From the NCBI GenBank assembly GCA_963716725.1, contig CAVQUB010000008.1:192001-256000 (forward strand): DNA of 64,000 bases, given 5' to 3'. The DNA is from an uncultured delta proteobacterium (GTDB lineage Bacteria; Myxococcota_A; Polyangia; Polyangiales; Polyangiaceae). Shown in pieces: positions 20,650 to 30,325 of this stretch. Numbering within the stretch: the first letter of the stretch is position 1; each line of letters begins with the position of its first letter. Under the pieces are notes generated by a model. That model was not told the DNA's origin. It saw nothing but the letters and a program-made list of their open reading frames with translations, and made no database searches. The position numbers were made by a program, and so were the translations under genes.

Positions 20650-22355
20650 GTCGTGCCAGCCTCTGTCACCAGGCGAGCGCACTCCTTGCGGCGGATCTTG
20701 CCGCTCGACGTGCGCGGCACGCTGCCCACTGGCCAGAGACGGACGTCGTCGATGCCGACGCCCAGCACCGCGAGCACTTCGCCGCGGATCGCTTTCGTGA
20801 GCGCTTCGCGCCCGGAGGGATCCGTCTCGCTGGTCTCGGCGACGACCACCAGATCGTCGGTGCCCGTGCCTTCGTTCTCACGTCCAAACGCGGCGACGCC
20901 GCCCAGGCGAATGCCTGCCAGCTCACCCACCACGCGTTCGACGTCGTAGGGGTACAGGTTGCGCCCGGCCTTGATCACCATTTCTTTGGCGCGACCGGCG
21001 ATGAAGAGCTCGCCGTCGGCGATGAAGCCGAGGTCTCCGGTCGAAAGCCAACCGTCGCGCAGCACGGCCGCGCTCGCCTCGTCGTTGCGGAAGTAGCCGT
21101 CCATGATCGACGGACCTGCCACGCGCACTTCGCCCACCACGCCCGCCGCGACGGGCTTGCCCGAGTCGTCGACGATGCACACGCGCGTGCCTGCCAGCGG
21201 TATGCCGACGGACACGGCGAGGCGCGCGGCGCTCGCGGTCGAGCGCGTCGCGCGACTCTGTTCCTCGAGCGCCTTGCGGTCCACGGCGAGCGTCACCGGA
21301 CCCCGCCCGACCGGCGAGAAGGTGACCGCCAGAGTCGCCTCGGCCATGCCGTAGACGGGCATCATCGAGCCCGGCTGGAAGCCGGCGGGGCCGAATTTCT
21401 CGTTGAAACGCCCGAGAGTCGCCGCGTGCACGGGTTCGGATCCGTTGATTGCGACCCGCCAGCGGTCGAGCTTCAGCTCCGCGATCTCGGCGATGCGCGA
21501 GGTGCACAGGTCGTAGGCGAAGTTGGGCGCGGGTGAGAGCGTCCCGCCCACCTCACTCATCAACTTGAGCCAGCCCAGCGGCTTCACGATGAAGCGTTCG
21601 GGGGGCATCACGTGCAGCGCGCCTGGGTGACAAATCGAACGTAGGAGCGCGCCGATCAGCCCCATGTCGTGGAAGAGCGGCAACCAGCTCACGCTGACGT
21701 CCTCGGAGGTCTGCCGCATGCCGCGCGCGATGCCGTAGGTGTTCGACACCACCGCGCGGTGCGAGATCATCACGCCCTTGGGTTTGCCCGTCGTGCCCGA
21801 GGTGTATTGGAGGAACGCGATGTCCGAGCCGGAAACGGACGCAGTCCGTGGATCGATGGGAGCGATGCCGTCGAGGTCGGCCTCCGTGATCACGTTGCCG
21901 AGCAGCGCGCGCAAAGCGTCGTCACCCGCCACTGCTTCCTTGATGCGCGGATAGGTGACGAGCCACTCGGCGCCGGCGTCTTGCAGGATGACGGTCAGGT
22001 TCTTCAGGTATCGCTCGACGCCTCCGAAGGTCATCGGCGACGCCAGCGGCACTGGGATTGCCCCGGCCATCATCGAGCCGAGCAGCGCTTCGACGAACAG
22101 GGCCGAGGTCGGCAACAGTAGCGCGACTCGATCGCCGCGCGCGATCCCGCGGTTGCGCAGGGCCGCCGCCACGCGCCACGCGCCTTCGCGCGCCTGACGA
22201 TACGAAATTTCGGTGCGCAGTCGGCCCTGGTGCAGGGTCAAGAACGGAGCCCCGCTCGCCACGGCGGCGTCGAGCGCGCCGAGCAACGTGTCCTCCGGCG
22301 GGCAGTTGGGATCCGCGCTCTCGAGCAGCGACGGCCCAGAGTCCGTTTCAGCCAT
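20646..22355 (-). CDS. Fatty acyl-AMP ligase (FAAL)
   Basis: AFLQYTSGTTGKPKGV, SWLPLFHDMGLIG, PNFAY, YGMAEATL plus the FAAL insertion, TGDLG, RTSSGK. Confidence 0.9.
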   Translation of the reverse strand: MAETDSGPSLLESADPNCPPEDTLLGALDAAVASGAPFLTLHQGRLRTEISYRQAREGAWRVAAALRNRGIARGDRVALLLPTSALFVEALLGSMMAGAIPVPLASPMTFGGVERYLKNLTVILQDAGAEWLVTYPRIKEAVAGDDALRALLGNVITEADLDGIAPIDPRTASVSGSDIAFLQYTSGTTGKPKGVMISHRAVVSNTYGIARGMRQTSEDVSVSWLPLFHDMGLIGALLRSICHPGALHVMPPERFIVKPLGWLKLMSEVGGTLSPAPNFAYDLCTSRIAEIAELKLDRWRVAINGSEPVHAATLGRFNEKFGPAGFQPGSMMPVYGMAEATLAVTFSPVGRGPVTLAVDRKALEEQSRATRSTASAARLAVSVGIPLAGTRVCIVDDSGKPVAAGVVGEVRVAGPSIMDGYFRNDEASAAVLRDGWLSTGDLGFIADGELFIAGRAKEMVIKAGRNLYPYDVERVVGELAGIRLGGVAAFGRENEGTGTDDLVVVAETSETDPSGREALTKAIRGEVLAVLGVGIDDVRLWPVGSVPRTSSGKIRRKECARLVTEAGTT

Positions 22356-22486
22356 TTTGGGGCGCCATACCCCGGTGCTCGGCCCAAGACCACTGAAAAG
22401 CACCCGATCCGGTGCTAGCGGCGGGGGAGCGAGCGGGAGTGTCCTGGGACGAGGGTTCGCCGGGGCAGGTGGCTCGGCGGCGCCGC

Positions 22487-22701
22487 TCAGCGCTGCGAGG
22501 CGAGCAGTGCGCAGAATGCCAAGAGCGCGTCGCGTCCGCGCGGTAGCTCGTCGTCCAGACGGCCGAGATCCAAGCTGCCGTAGGCGTGCGCGATCAAGTT
22601 GCCGAGCCGAAGAGCACCAGCAACTCGAGCGCGGGCCAGTCGCGCGCTGCCGCAGCGAGTGCGGCCTCGATCTCGTCGGAAAGGCCCCGTCAAGAATCCA
22701 C
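22487..22701 (-). pseudogene. Deletion remnant of an MNT-HEPN (MntA/HepT-like) toxin-antitoxin pair
   Basis: 22689-22603 translates RGLSDEIEAALAAAARDWPALELLVLFGS (MNT N-terminus). Immediately after, in another frame, NLIAHAYGSLDLGRL (HEPN/DUF86 C-terminus). Confidence 0.7.
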
Positions 22702-22785
22702 GAGCAGCAGCCTAGCAGATCGCATCGGTCCTCCCAGGCCGGCAGCGCCGGTGACGTGTTCTGGTGTTTGCGCTAGAAGTCACCG

Positions 22786-24015
22786 ATGTTTCGCGTCGCC
22801 GTCACCGGTATCGGCTTGCTCAGCCCCCTGGGGTTGGACGTTCCTTCCTTCTGGAACGGGCTGTGCGCGGGCCGCTCGGGGGTGGATTTCATCACCGAGT
22901 TTTCGACGGAGAAGCTGCGCACCGACATCGCGGCCAACGTCCGCGGCTTCGATCCCAAGAGCGTGCTCGAAACCCGCGAGATCGACTACACGGGTCGCGT
23001 CGTGCAGCTCGGACTCGCGGCGTCGCTCCAAGCAGTCCGTGAGGCGCGACTCGAAGACGTCGATCGCACCCGGGTGGGTGTCCTGGTGTCCTCCGGGCAA
23101 GGCTCGGTCGAGATCTTCGTGGATCAGGTGCAGCGCGCGGCGGCCCGGGGACCCCGGGCGGTCTCGCCTTATTTCATCCCCTCTGCGATGCCCAATGCGC
23201 TCTCCGGGCTCATCGCCACCAAGCTCGGATTGCGCGGACCCAGCTTCAACATCGCGAGCGCTTGCGCGACGTCGACGCACTCCCTGGCAATTGGCGCGCT
23301 GCTGATCCTCAGCGGAGACGCGGATGTGGTCATCGCGGGCGGTGGCGAAGCCGCCACGTGCCCGGCAACCATCGCGGGATTCGGCAACGCCCGTGCGCTC
23401 GCCAAGGCGTATCAGGGGGACCCCACTCGGGCCTCGCGTCCCTACGACAAGCACCGCAACGGCTTCGTGATTGGAGAGGGCGCCGGGGCCATCGTGCTCG
23501 AGAGCGAAGCTCACGCCAAGGCTCGCGGCGCGCGTCCCCTCGCGTGGCTCACCGGATGGGGCATGTCCAGCGACGCGGAGCACGTCACCCGACCTCACCC
23601 CGAAGGTCTGGGGCTCGAGCTTGCCATCGGGGCAGCGCTGCGTCGAGCTTCCATCAGGCCGGATCAGGTCGGATACATCAACCCGCACGCGACCTCGACT
23701 CCGGCGGGTGACGTCGCCGAGTACAAGGCCCTGCGCTCGGTGTTCGGGGACGGGCTGCGAAGCGTGCCGATCTCGGCCACCAAGAGCATGATCGGTCATC
23801 TCTTGGGTGGGGCCGGTGCAGCGGAGGCCGCCGCGTGCGTGTGTTCGCTGCGCGATCAGCGCCTGCACCCGTCCATCAACGTCGACGAGCTCGATCCCGT
23901 TTTTGAACTGGATCTGGTCCGCGAGGCGAGGGCGTGCGACCTGCGCTACGTGCTGAAGACCAGCGCGGGCTTCGGTGGACACAACTGCGCGTTGGTGTTC
24001 GAGCGCGCCGGGTGA
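22786..24015 (+). CDS. fabF: 3-oxoacyl-ACP synthase II (KAS II)
   Basis: SACATS, PHATST, KSMIGHLLG, GFGGHN (Cys-His-His triad). Confidence 0.88.
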   Translation: MFRVAVTGIGLLSPLGLDVPSFWNGLCAGRSGVDFITEFSTEKLRTDIAANVRGFDPKSVLETREIDYTGRVVQLGLAASLQAVREARLEDVDRTRVGVLVSSGQGSVEIFVDQVQRAAARGPRAVSPYFIPSAMPNALSGLIATKLGLRGPSFNIASACATSTHSLAIGALLILSGDADVVIAGGGEAATCPATIAGFGNARALAKAYQGDPTRASRPYDKHRNGFVIGEGAGAIVLESEAHAKARGARPLAWLTGWGMSSDAEHVTRPHPEGLGLELAIGAALRRASIRPDQVGYINPHATSTPAGDVAEYKALRSVFGDGLRSVPISATKSMIGHLLGGAGAAEAAACVCSLRDQRLHPSINVDELDPVFELDLVREARACDLRYVLKTSAGFGGHNCALVFERAG

Positions 24016-24028
24016 GGCTCGAGCGCGC

Positions 24029-24322
24029 TCAGCCCACCACGCGCCAGATCATCAGCGCTATCCAGCCCAGGGCCAGCGCGAGCGCGACCACCGATTGGGC
24101 TGGTGCCCGACGGACACCGCCGACCGCGGGTACCACGCTCGACAACGCGAGCAAGCCCGAGACTCCCAGGGCCGCACGCCGGAGGGTCGAGCGCCAGGAC
24201 TCGGCGCGCGCAAACTCGTCACCGAGCTCGAGCCGAAACGCGACCACCAGACCGACCAGCGCCCAGGCCACGAGCACCAGCACGAGCGCCGTCCGGCTCG
24301 CCCGCTTCGGCGGAGGCATCAT
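24029..24322 (-). CDS. Small membrane protein (three TM)
   Basis: Three hydrophobic segments; start uncertain. Confidence 0.45.
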   Translation of the reverse strand: MMPPPKRASRTALVLVLVAWALVGLVVAFRLELGDEFARAESWRSTLRRAALGVSGLLALSSVVPAVGGVRRAPAQSVVALALALGWIALMIWRVVG

Positions 24323-24424
24323 GGTCAGCGGAACCGACCGCGGCGCGATGGAGGCAGGGAAGTCCAGCATGTCGCCAGTGGACTACGGCCGGCGCAGCCA
24401 ATGCTTTAGCCCCGGCTGGGATCC

Positions 24425-25174
24425 CTACTGAAATGCGAGGGAAACCATCGACGTTCCCGGCATCTCGAAGCTCATTTTGGTAGTCAGAGCTGGGCCCTCC
24501 GCGCTGCCGCCGTTGGGGATCTGACAAGAGCCATTTGCGTCGGGCTGGCAGCCGCAAACGCCCACGTCCAGGCAGCTGATCGTGGTGCCCGCCTGCACCA
24601 TCACGCCGTACGAACCCCCGGGCGCGACGATTCTACGGTCGCAGGTTCCTTGCGCGAATTCGGGCTCGAAGTAGCACTGCTCCGGCATCTGTGCGTCCTC
24701 GAAGGTCGTGCCCGACCAGGTCTCCTCGTAGTATCCGCCGGGGATGATCATCACCAGCGGAGGGATCATGCAGGCGCCCGCGCAGTAGTTGCCGTGGGTC
24801 TGCAGGGCCTGACAGGTGTGTCCGCACGGACCGGCTTGCGCGGGTACCAGACCCTGCGGCCCGCTGAGATCGTAGAGCGGACCGGAATCGCAGCCATTGC
24901 CGCCGCCCAGGTAGATCGGCACCGAAGTCAGGTTCGTGTATCGGAACGTGACCGCGCCGGGCGACTTCTCGTCGGCAAACTGATCGCAGGACGAGCCCCC
25001 CGATCCGCCCGTCGATCCGCCCGCACCGGAGGATCCGCCCATCGATCCGCCCGACCCACCGGAGGATCCGCCCGATCCGCTCGTGCCGCCGGTGGACGAC
25101 TCCTGGCTGGTGGAACCGCCGCACGCGAAGGTGCTTGCGGCCAAGAGGAGCGAGATCAGAATGCGGGTCGACAT
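24425..25174 (-). CDS. Cys-rich lipoprotein
   Basis: STFAC lipobox, Gly/Ser linker, many Cys. Confidence 0.75.
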   Translation of the reverse strand: MSTRILISLLLAASTFACGGSTSQESSTGGTSGSGGSSGGSGGSMGGSSGAGGSTGGSGGSSCDQFADEKSPGAVTFRYTNLTSVPIYLGGGNGCDSGPLYDLSGPQGLVPAQAGPCGHTCQALQTHGNYCAGACMIPPLVMIIPGGYYEETWSGTTFEDAQMPEQCYFEPEFAQGTCDRRIVAPGGSYGVMVQAGTTISCLDVGVCGCQPDANGSCQIPNGGSAEGPALTTKMSFEMPGTSMVSLAFQ

Positions 25175-25289
25175 GACGACGACATGAGCAACGCCCGTGC
25201 CGGCGTTGATCGACGCTCCGGCCGAGGAATTCGCCCGCAATGTGCCACGGGCGTGCCACCCGGAAGGGCCCGGGTGTCAGGGCATCGGG

Positions 25290-26810
25290 TCAGCGGGGTC
25301 CGCGGCGGAAGCTGCGCGGGCGCCTGCGTGCACCGGTCGGGGAGGCTTGGGAGGTCTGCTGGCCGTGGCCTTGGGAGGTCTGCTGGCCGTGGCCTTGGGA
25401 GGTCTGCTGGCCGTGGCCTTGGGAGGTCTGCTGGCCGTGGCCTTGGGAGGTCTGCTGACCGTGGCCTTGGGAGGTCTGCTGGCCGTGGCCCTGCGAGCTT
25501 CGCTGACCGTGGCCTTGCGAGCTTCGCTGACCGTAGCCCTGCGAGCTTCGCTGACCGTAGCCTTGCGAGGTCTGCGGATTGCGTGGCGGCGCGGCGTGCG
25601 CGTGCTGTTCGACGCGCGGAGCCTCCGGCAGCAGCGCCGCGTCCGCGACCGGGACCCTGCGCTTGATGAGGTGCTCGATGTCGCGCAAGAATGCGCGCTC
25701 TTCGCCGTCGCAGAACGACACTGCGGTGCCTGTGGCGCCAGCGCGGCCGGTGCGACCGATGCGGTGCACGTAGCTCTCGGGGATGTTGGGCAGGTCGAAG
25801 TTCACGACGTGCGAGATGCCGTCGATGTCGATGCCACGGGCGGCGATGTCGGTGGCGACCAGGACCGGGATGCGACCTGCGCGGAAGTCCTCGAGGGCGC
25901 GTTCGCGAGCGCTCTGGCTCTTGTTGCCGTGGATGGCTGCAGCGCGAACGCCAGACCGGGTCAGCTGCTCGGCGACCCGATTGGCCCCGTGCTTGGTGCG
26001 CGTGAAGACCAACGTGCGCTCCACGCCCTCGGCGCGCAGCACGCGTTCGAGCAGCACGCGCTTGTCGGCGCGACCCACGAAATAGACCGATTGCGTGACG
26101 AGCTCTGTCGTCGAAGCCACCGGCGTCACCGCGACGCGTGCCGGATTCGTCAAGATGCTCTGGGCGAGGTCGTCGATGTCCCGGGGCATGGTGGCGGAGA
26201 ACAACAAGGTCTGCCGCTTCTTCGGCAGCTCGCGGATCACGCGGCGCACGTCGTGGATGAAGCCCATGTCGAGCATGCGATCAGCCTCGTCGAGCACGAA
26301 CACCTCGAGGGCGTCGAGCTTGACGAAACCCTGCGACATCAGGTCGAGCAAGCGTCCCGGCGTCGCGATCACGATCTCGGGACCGCGCGCTAGCGCTTGC
26401 TCTTGCGGTCGCTGGCCCACGCCGCCGAAGATGACGGTGTGACGAACGCCGAGGTGCTCGCCGTAGCACCCGGTGCGCTCGCCGATCTGCGCGGCGAGTT
26501 CGCGGGTTGGCGTCAGGATCAGGGCGCGGATCTTCTTGTGCGCGGCGCGAGTAGAGAGCCGCTGGAGGATGGGCAGCACGAAGGCGGCGGTCTTGCCGGT
26601 GCCGGTCTGCGCGCAGCCGAGCAGGTCGCGCCCGTCCAGGAGCGGCGGGATGGACTGGGTCTGGATCGGGGTCGGGGTCTCGTAGCCTTCGTTCACCACG
26701 GCGCGGACCAAGGGGGCCATCAAGCCGAGGTCGGCGAAGGGGGAGGCGGGAGTCGACGGAGCCGTGCGGGCGGGCGCTGGCCCGAGCCGCTCAGGGCTGA
26801 AGGAATTCAT
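25290..26810 (-). CDS. rhlE: DEAD-box RNA helicase (RhlE-like)
   Basis: Q motif [43 protein letters not shown]. Confidence 0.88.
   Translation of the reverse strand: MNSFSPERLGPAPARTAPSTPASPFADLGLMAPLVRAVVNEGYETPTPIQTQSIPPLLDGRDLLGCAQTGTGKTAAFVLPILQRLSTRAAHKKIRALILTPTRELAAQIGERTGCYGEHLGVRHTVIFGGVGQRPQEQALARGPEIVIATPGRLLDLMSQGFVKLDALEVFVLDEADRMLDMGFIHDVRRVIRELPKKRQTLLFSATMPRDIDDLAQSILTNPARVAVTPVASTTELVTQSVYFVGRADKRVLLERVLRAEGVERTLVFTRTKHGANRVAEQLTRSGVRAAAIHGNKSQSARERALEDFRAGRIPVLVATDIAARGIDIDGISHVVNFDLPNIPESYVHRIGRTGRAGATGTAVSFCDGEERAFLRDIEHLIKRRVPVADAALLPEAPRVEQHAHAAPPRNPQTSQGYGQRSSQGYGQRSSQGHGQRSSQGHGQQTSQGHGQQTSQGHGQQTSQGHGQQTSQGHGQQTSQGHGQQTSQASPTGARRRPRSFRRGPR
25347..25577 (-). repeat. 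24-bp coding tandem repeat, about 9.5 copies (Q[QR][TS]SQG[HY]G)
   Basis: Unit GGGAGGTCTGCTGGCCGTGGCCTT on + strand, with graded variants. Confidence 0.95.
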
Positions 26811-26988
26811 CTAGAAAAAAACACACTTTCTGGCGGCGAATTTGCCGCGTTCGTCACGGTTTCGGAGCGTCGGGCTTGCCCAGACACCAGAGCCGGTTAG
26901 GGCCACACGATTCGTGAGCGCGAGCATGAGTAGCGCGGATCCCGGGGTGTGGCAAGCCAGCCCCCCGCTCCATGGTACCTTGGTCCTG

Positions 26989-28184
26989 GTGCGCCCAGCT
27001 CGTTTCGCCGCCGTTTTGGTCTGCGCCGCGATCGCGGGTGGCTCGGGCTGCAGCGAGCCCGCGCTCGAGGCGGACGAGTCGGCCGTGGTCTGCCCAGTCG
27101 ACGACCCGGACTGCGATCGCATCGACGAACCCTGCGTGATGGATGAAACGCCAGCGGCGGATCTGGAGCCGGGCTCGTCGCCGATGGGTCTTGGCGGGCC
27201 GCTGACGGGCGGCGGCAAGCACCAGATCTGGCCCAAGGGGCGCGTGCCCTACAAGGTCGGTTCGACCGTCAACAGCACGACCAAGAGCCGGCTTCTGTCG
27301 GCGATGAAAGAGTGGGAGACCAAGACCAAGAGCGTCGTGCGCTTCGAGGCGGCGACCAGCGCGGACAAGGCCCACGTGCTCGTCAGCGAGGGGAGCCCCC
27401 GCGTCGCCTTCGTGGGCTATCGCGCGGGCACGGTCTCGAACCTGTACTTACGCGATTCGGAGTACCTGACCGTGACGCGACACGAACTCGGGCACGTGCT
27501 GGGCCTCGAACACGAACACCGGCGCAAGGACCGCGCGAACCAGATTCAGGTCATTTCGAGCAACATCGTGAACACGTCGCTGTGCAAGTATCAATTTGCG
27601 CTCTGCACGGACTGCGCGCTGCTCGACAAGTACACGGTCAAGTCCGTGATGCACTACCGCTCGACGCGCGATCTCACGAGCTGCCGCGTCGGTGGCAAGG
27701 CGGTGCTCCTGACCAAGTCCGGAGCGCTGATCAACCACGAATGGCTGATCGCCACGGGCGACATCGAATCCATCTACGAGCTCTACGGCTCACCCGTCAC
27801 CGGCAGCGGTGGCAGCGGTGGCACCGGCGGCAGCAAGGACGCCGGCCTCACGGGTGGCACGGGTGGCACAGCGGACGCTGGGCGAGCGACGCGGCACCGG
27901 AAGGCAGCGCGTCGGGCGGCACTGCAGGAGTGGCCGGAGCCGCGGGTGCGGGAGCAGGCGCGGGCGATGACGGCATCGACGAACCTAGTTGGGCGGGCGC
28001 ATCTGCTTTGGATGGCGCGGCTGGCAGCGGGGCCGGCGGCGGTCAGAGCACCAGGCTCGTCGCCAACGACGAGGGCGGTTGCAGTTGTCGCGCGGTTCCC
28101 GAGCGATCTTCAGGTGGGTGGTGGTTGCTGGTACTGGGCGCAGCGATCGGGCTCTTGCGATCCGAGCGGCGCCGCCGCTGCTGA
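26989..28184 (+). CDS. Astacin (M12A) zinc metallopeptidase with MYXO-CTERM-like tail (frameshift near 27881)
   Basis: WPKGRVPY, HELGHVLGLEHEHRRKDR, SVMHY Met-turn; the other frame ends GGCSCR...hydrophobic...RRRR. Confidence 0.85.
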
Positions 28185-28185
28185 C

Positions 28186-29180
28186 TCACTCCGGCAGCGT
28201 GCCATCGACCTTGGGCACCGCCGCGTTCATGCGCTCGGCGAAGACCTCGGCGGGCTGAGCCACCGACAGATCGAGCTCGAAGTCCGGGCGCTCGGCGGGC
28301 GACAGCTTGATCACCAGCTCGTCGAGCTCGCGCCTGGACAGACCCAGGGCCTCGAGCGCGGGTCGTTCGAGCTTTTCGGCCTGGCCCGAGAGTCCGTCGG
28401 CGCTGGCGCTGACCAGCCTGCGCAGCGCGTCGAGCTCCATGCGGCTCATGCGCGTGCCGCACACGTCGTAGTCGATCCACGCCTCGTAGGAGTGGGGCGC
28501 GAGCTTCTTGAGCATGCCCGCCATCACGCGGCCGTACTCTTGAATTTCCCACTGCGCGTGGCTGTCGACGCGCAGCTTGAGGAAGTGTTGCAGGTTGTGC
28601 AGATCGATCTTCCAGTACCACTGGGTATAGGTCGAGAGCGGCAGGTCGATGCGCGCGAGCTCCCGCGCCATCTCTTGGTTGGTCATCCACTCGTAGGTCG
28701 CCTGCGAGAGGCTGCCGGATCTCGTTCCAGCGCGCGATGGCTTCGGCGTATTTGCTCGGCGGGCACGCTCTGGCCGCTGCGCCCCTGGTTGTTCTGCACG
28801 CTCTGCGTCTGAAGCTGCTCTTCGCTGGGCGTGTAGAACAGCATCGGCATCAGGGAATACCGCCCGCTGTATTCGTTCACGCTCGCCGTCCGGTGACGGA
28901 TCCACTGCCGCGCCACGAACATCGGCATGCAGCAGTGGAACTTCAGCTCGACCATCTCGGTCGGCGTGGTGTGCAAGTGACGCCGCAGGTAACGCAAGAG
29001 ACCTCGGGTGAGCTGGGCCTTGCGCGTGCCGTAGCCGTAGCTCACGCGCGCCGCGCGCTCGATGCACTCGTCGGTGCCCATGTAATCGACGAGGGACACG
29101 AAGCCGTGATCGAGCACCGGGAAGTAGAGCCCGAGGATCTCTTCGGCGCCGGGGGAGGTGGGGCGACGGGTGTCAGTCAT
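28186..29180 (-). CDS. thyX: FAD-dependent thymidylate synthase ThyX (two frameshifts near 28752 and 28711)
   Basis: AARVSY, FVARQWIRHRTASVNEYSGRY, ELARIDLPLSTYT, NLQHFLKLRVDSHAQWEI. Confidence 0.93.
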
Positions 29181-30178
29181 GCGATGAGCTCGGCGATCTG
29201 TACGGCGTTGAGCGCGGCGCCTTTGCGCAGGTTGTCCGCGACCACCCACAGGTTGAGCGCGCCGGGGACCGCCAGGTCGTCGCGGATGCGCCCGACATAC
29301 ACCGGATCGGTGTTCGCGGCCTGAATCGGCTGTGGCTCTTTGCCCGGCGCGTACTCACCGTCGTCGACCAGCACCACGCCGGGGGCGTTGGCGAGCAGCT
29401 CGCGGGCGCGGGCGGCGCTGAGTGGCTTCTTGAAGCGCACGTGCACGCTCTCGGCGTGACCGGTGACGACCGGGACGCGCACGCAGGTGGGAGTCACGCC
29501 GATCTCGGCGTCGCCCATGATCTTGCGGGTCTCGTGGACCAGCTTCAGCTCTTCTTCGCTGTAGCCGTCCTTGCCGCCCTTCCAGTCCGACAGCACGTTC
29601 ATGGCCATCTGTCCGGGGAACACCTGGTGCTCGGGTCGCTTGCCCGCGACCACGGCCGCCAGCTGAGCCCGGAGCTCCTCGACGGCCGCCTGGCCCTTGC
29701 CGCTGGTGGCTTGATAGGTGCTGACCACGATGTGCTCGACGTGCGCCTCGTCGTGAAGTGGCTTGAGCGCCACGACCAGCTGGATGGTGCTGCAGTTCGG
29801 GTTGGCGATGATGCCCTTCCGGCGGTGCAGGACCGCCTGAGGGTTCACCTCGGGCACGACCAGCGGGACCTCGTCGTCCATGCGCCACGCGCTCGAGTTG
29901 TCGATCACGACGGCGCCCGCTGCGGCGGCGATGGGGCCGTACTCGCGGGAGACCGACGCGCCGGCGCTGAACAGCGCGATGTTCACGCCTTCGAAGGACT
30001 CGGGTCCGAGCTCCTCGACCACCAGCTCTGCGCCGCGGAAGGGCAGCTTCTTGCCGGCCGACTTGCCCGACGCGAGCGCCACCACGCGGTCCGCCGGAAA
30101 CTCTCGCCGCTCCAAAGTTCGGAGCATCTCGCGACCGACTGCGCCCGTCGCACCGACTACTGCCACTACCATACTCAT
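29177..30178 (-). CDS. asd: Aspartate-semialdehyde dehydrogenase
   Basis: GATGAVG, DNSSAWRM, VPEVN, NPNCST, CVRVPV..GHAE, DNLRKGAALNAVQIAE. Confidence 0.96.
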   Translation of the reverse strand: MSMVVAVVGATGAVGREMLRTLERREFPADRVVALASGKSAGKKLPFRGAELVVEELGPESFEGVNIALFSAGASVSREYGPIAAAAGAVVIDNSSAWRMDDEVPLVVPEVNPQAVLHRRKGIIANPNCSTIQLVVALKPLHDEAHVEHIVVSTYQATSGKGQAAVEELRAQLAAVVAGKRPEHQVFPGQMAMNVLSDWKGGKDGYSEEELKLVHETRKIMGDAEIGVTPTCVRVPVVTGHAESVHVRFKKPLSAARARELLANAPGVVLVDDGEYAPGKEPQPIQAANTDPVYVGRIRDDLAVPGALNLWVVADNLRKGAALNAVQIAELIA

Positions 30179-30325
30179 CTTCGTTTCTCCGCGAGCGCGT
30201 GCCGTGAGGCGCCGGCCGTGGTGGTCGGTGCTGTCCGGCGGCGGGCGCCGCGCCGGAAAGGTAGCGCAGCGCGCCGCCAACCGCGAGCGCGCGAATCGCT
30301 TCCGATCTGCTACGCTCGGGCCGCG

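Noticed and set aside
22786..24015. Type II aromatic PKS
   Set aside because: No chain-length factor or cyclases; motifs are those of FabF.
25347..25577. 24-bp repeats as CRISPR or iterons
   Set aside because: No spacers; they encode the helicase tail.
28700..28760. Programmed frameshifting or true pseudogenisation of thyX
   Set aside because: No slippery heptamer; the coding sequence is otherwise intact and similar indels occur across the window.
29441..30325. N-terminal 295 aa of the 1352-aa ORF
   Set aside because: Antisense shadow of asd; the lipoprotein signal starts at 30326.
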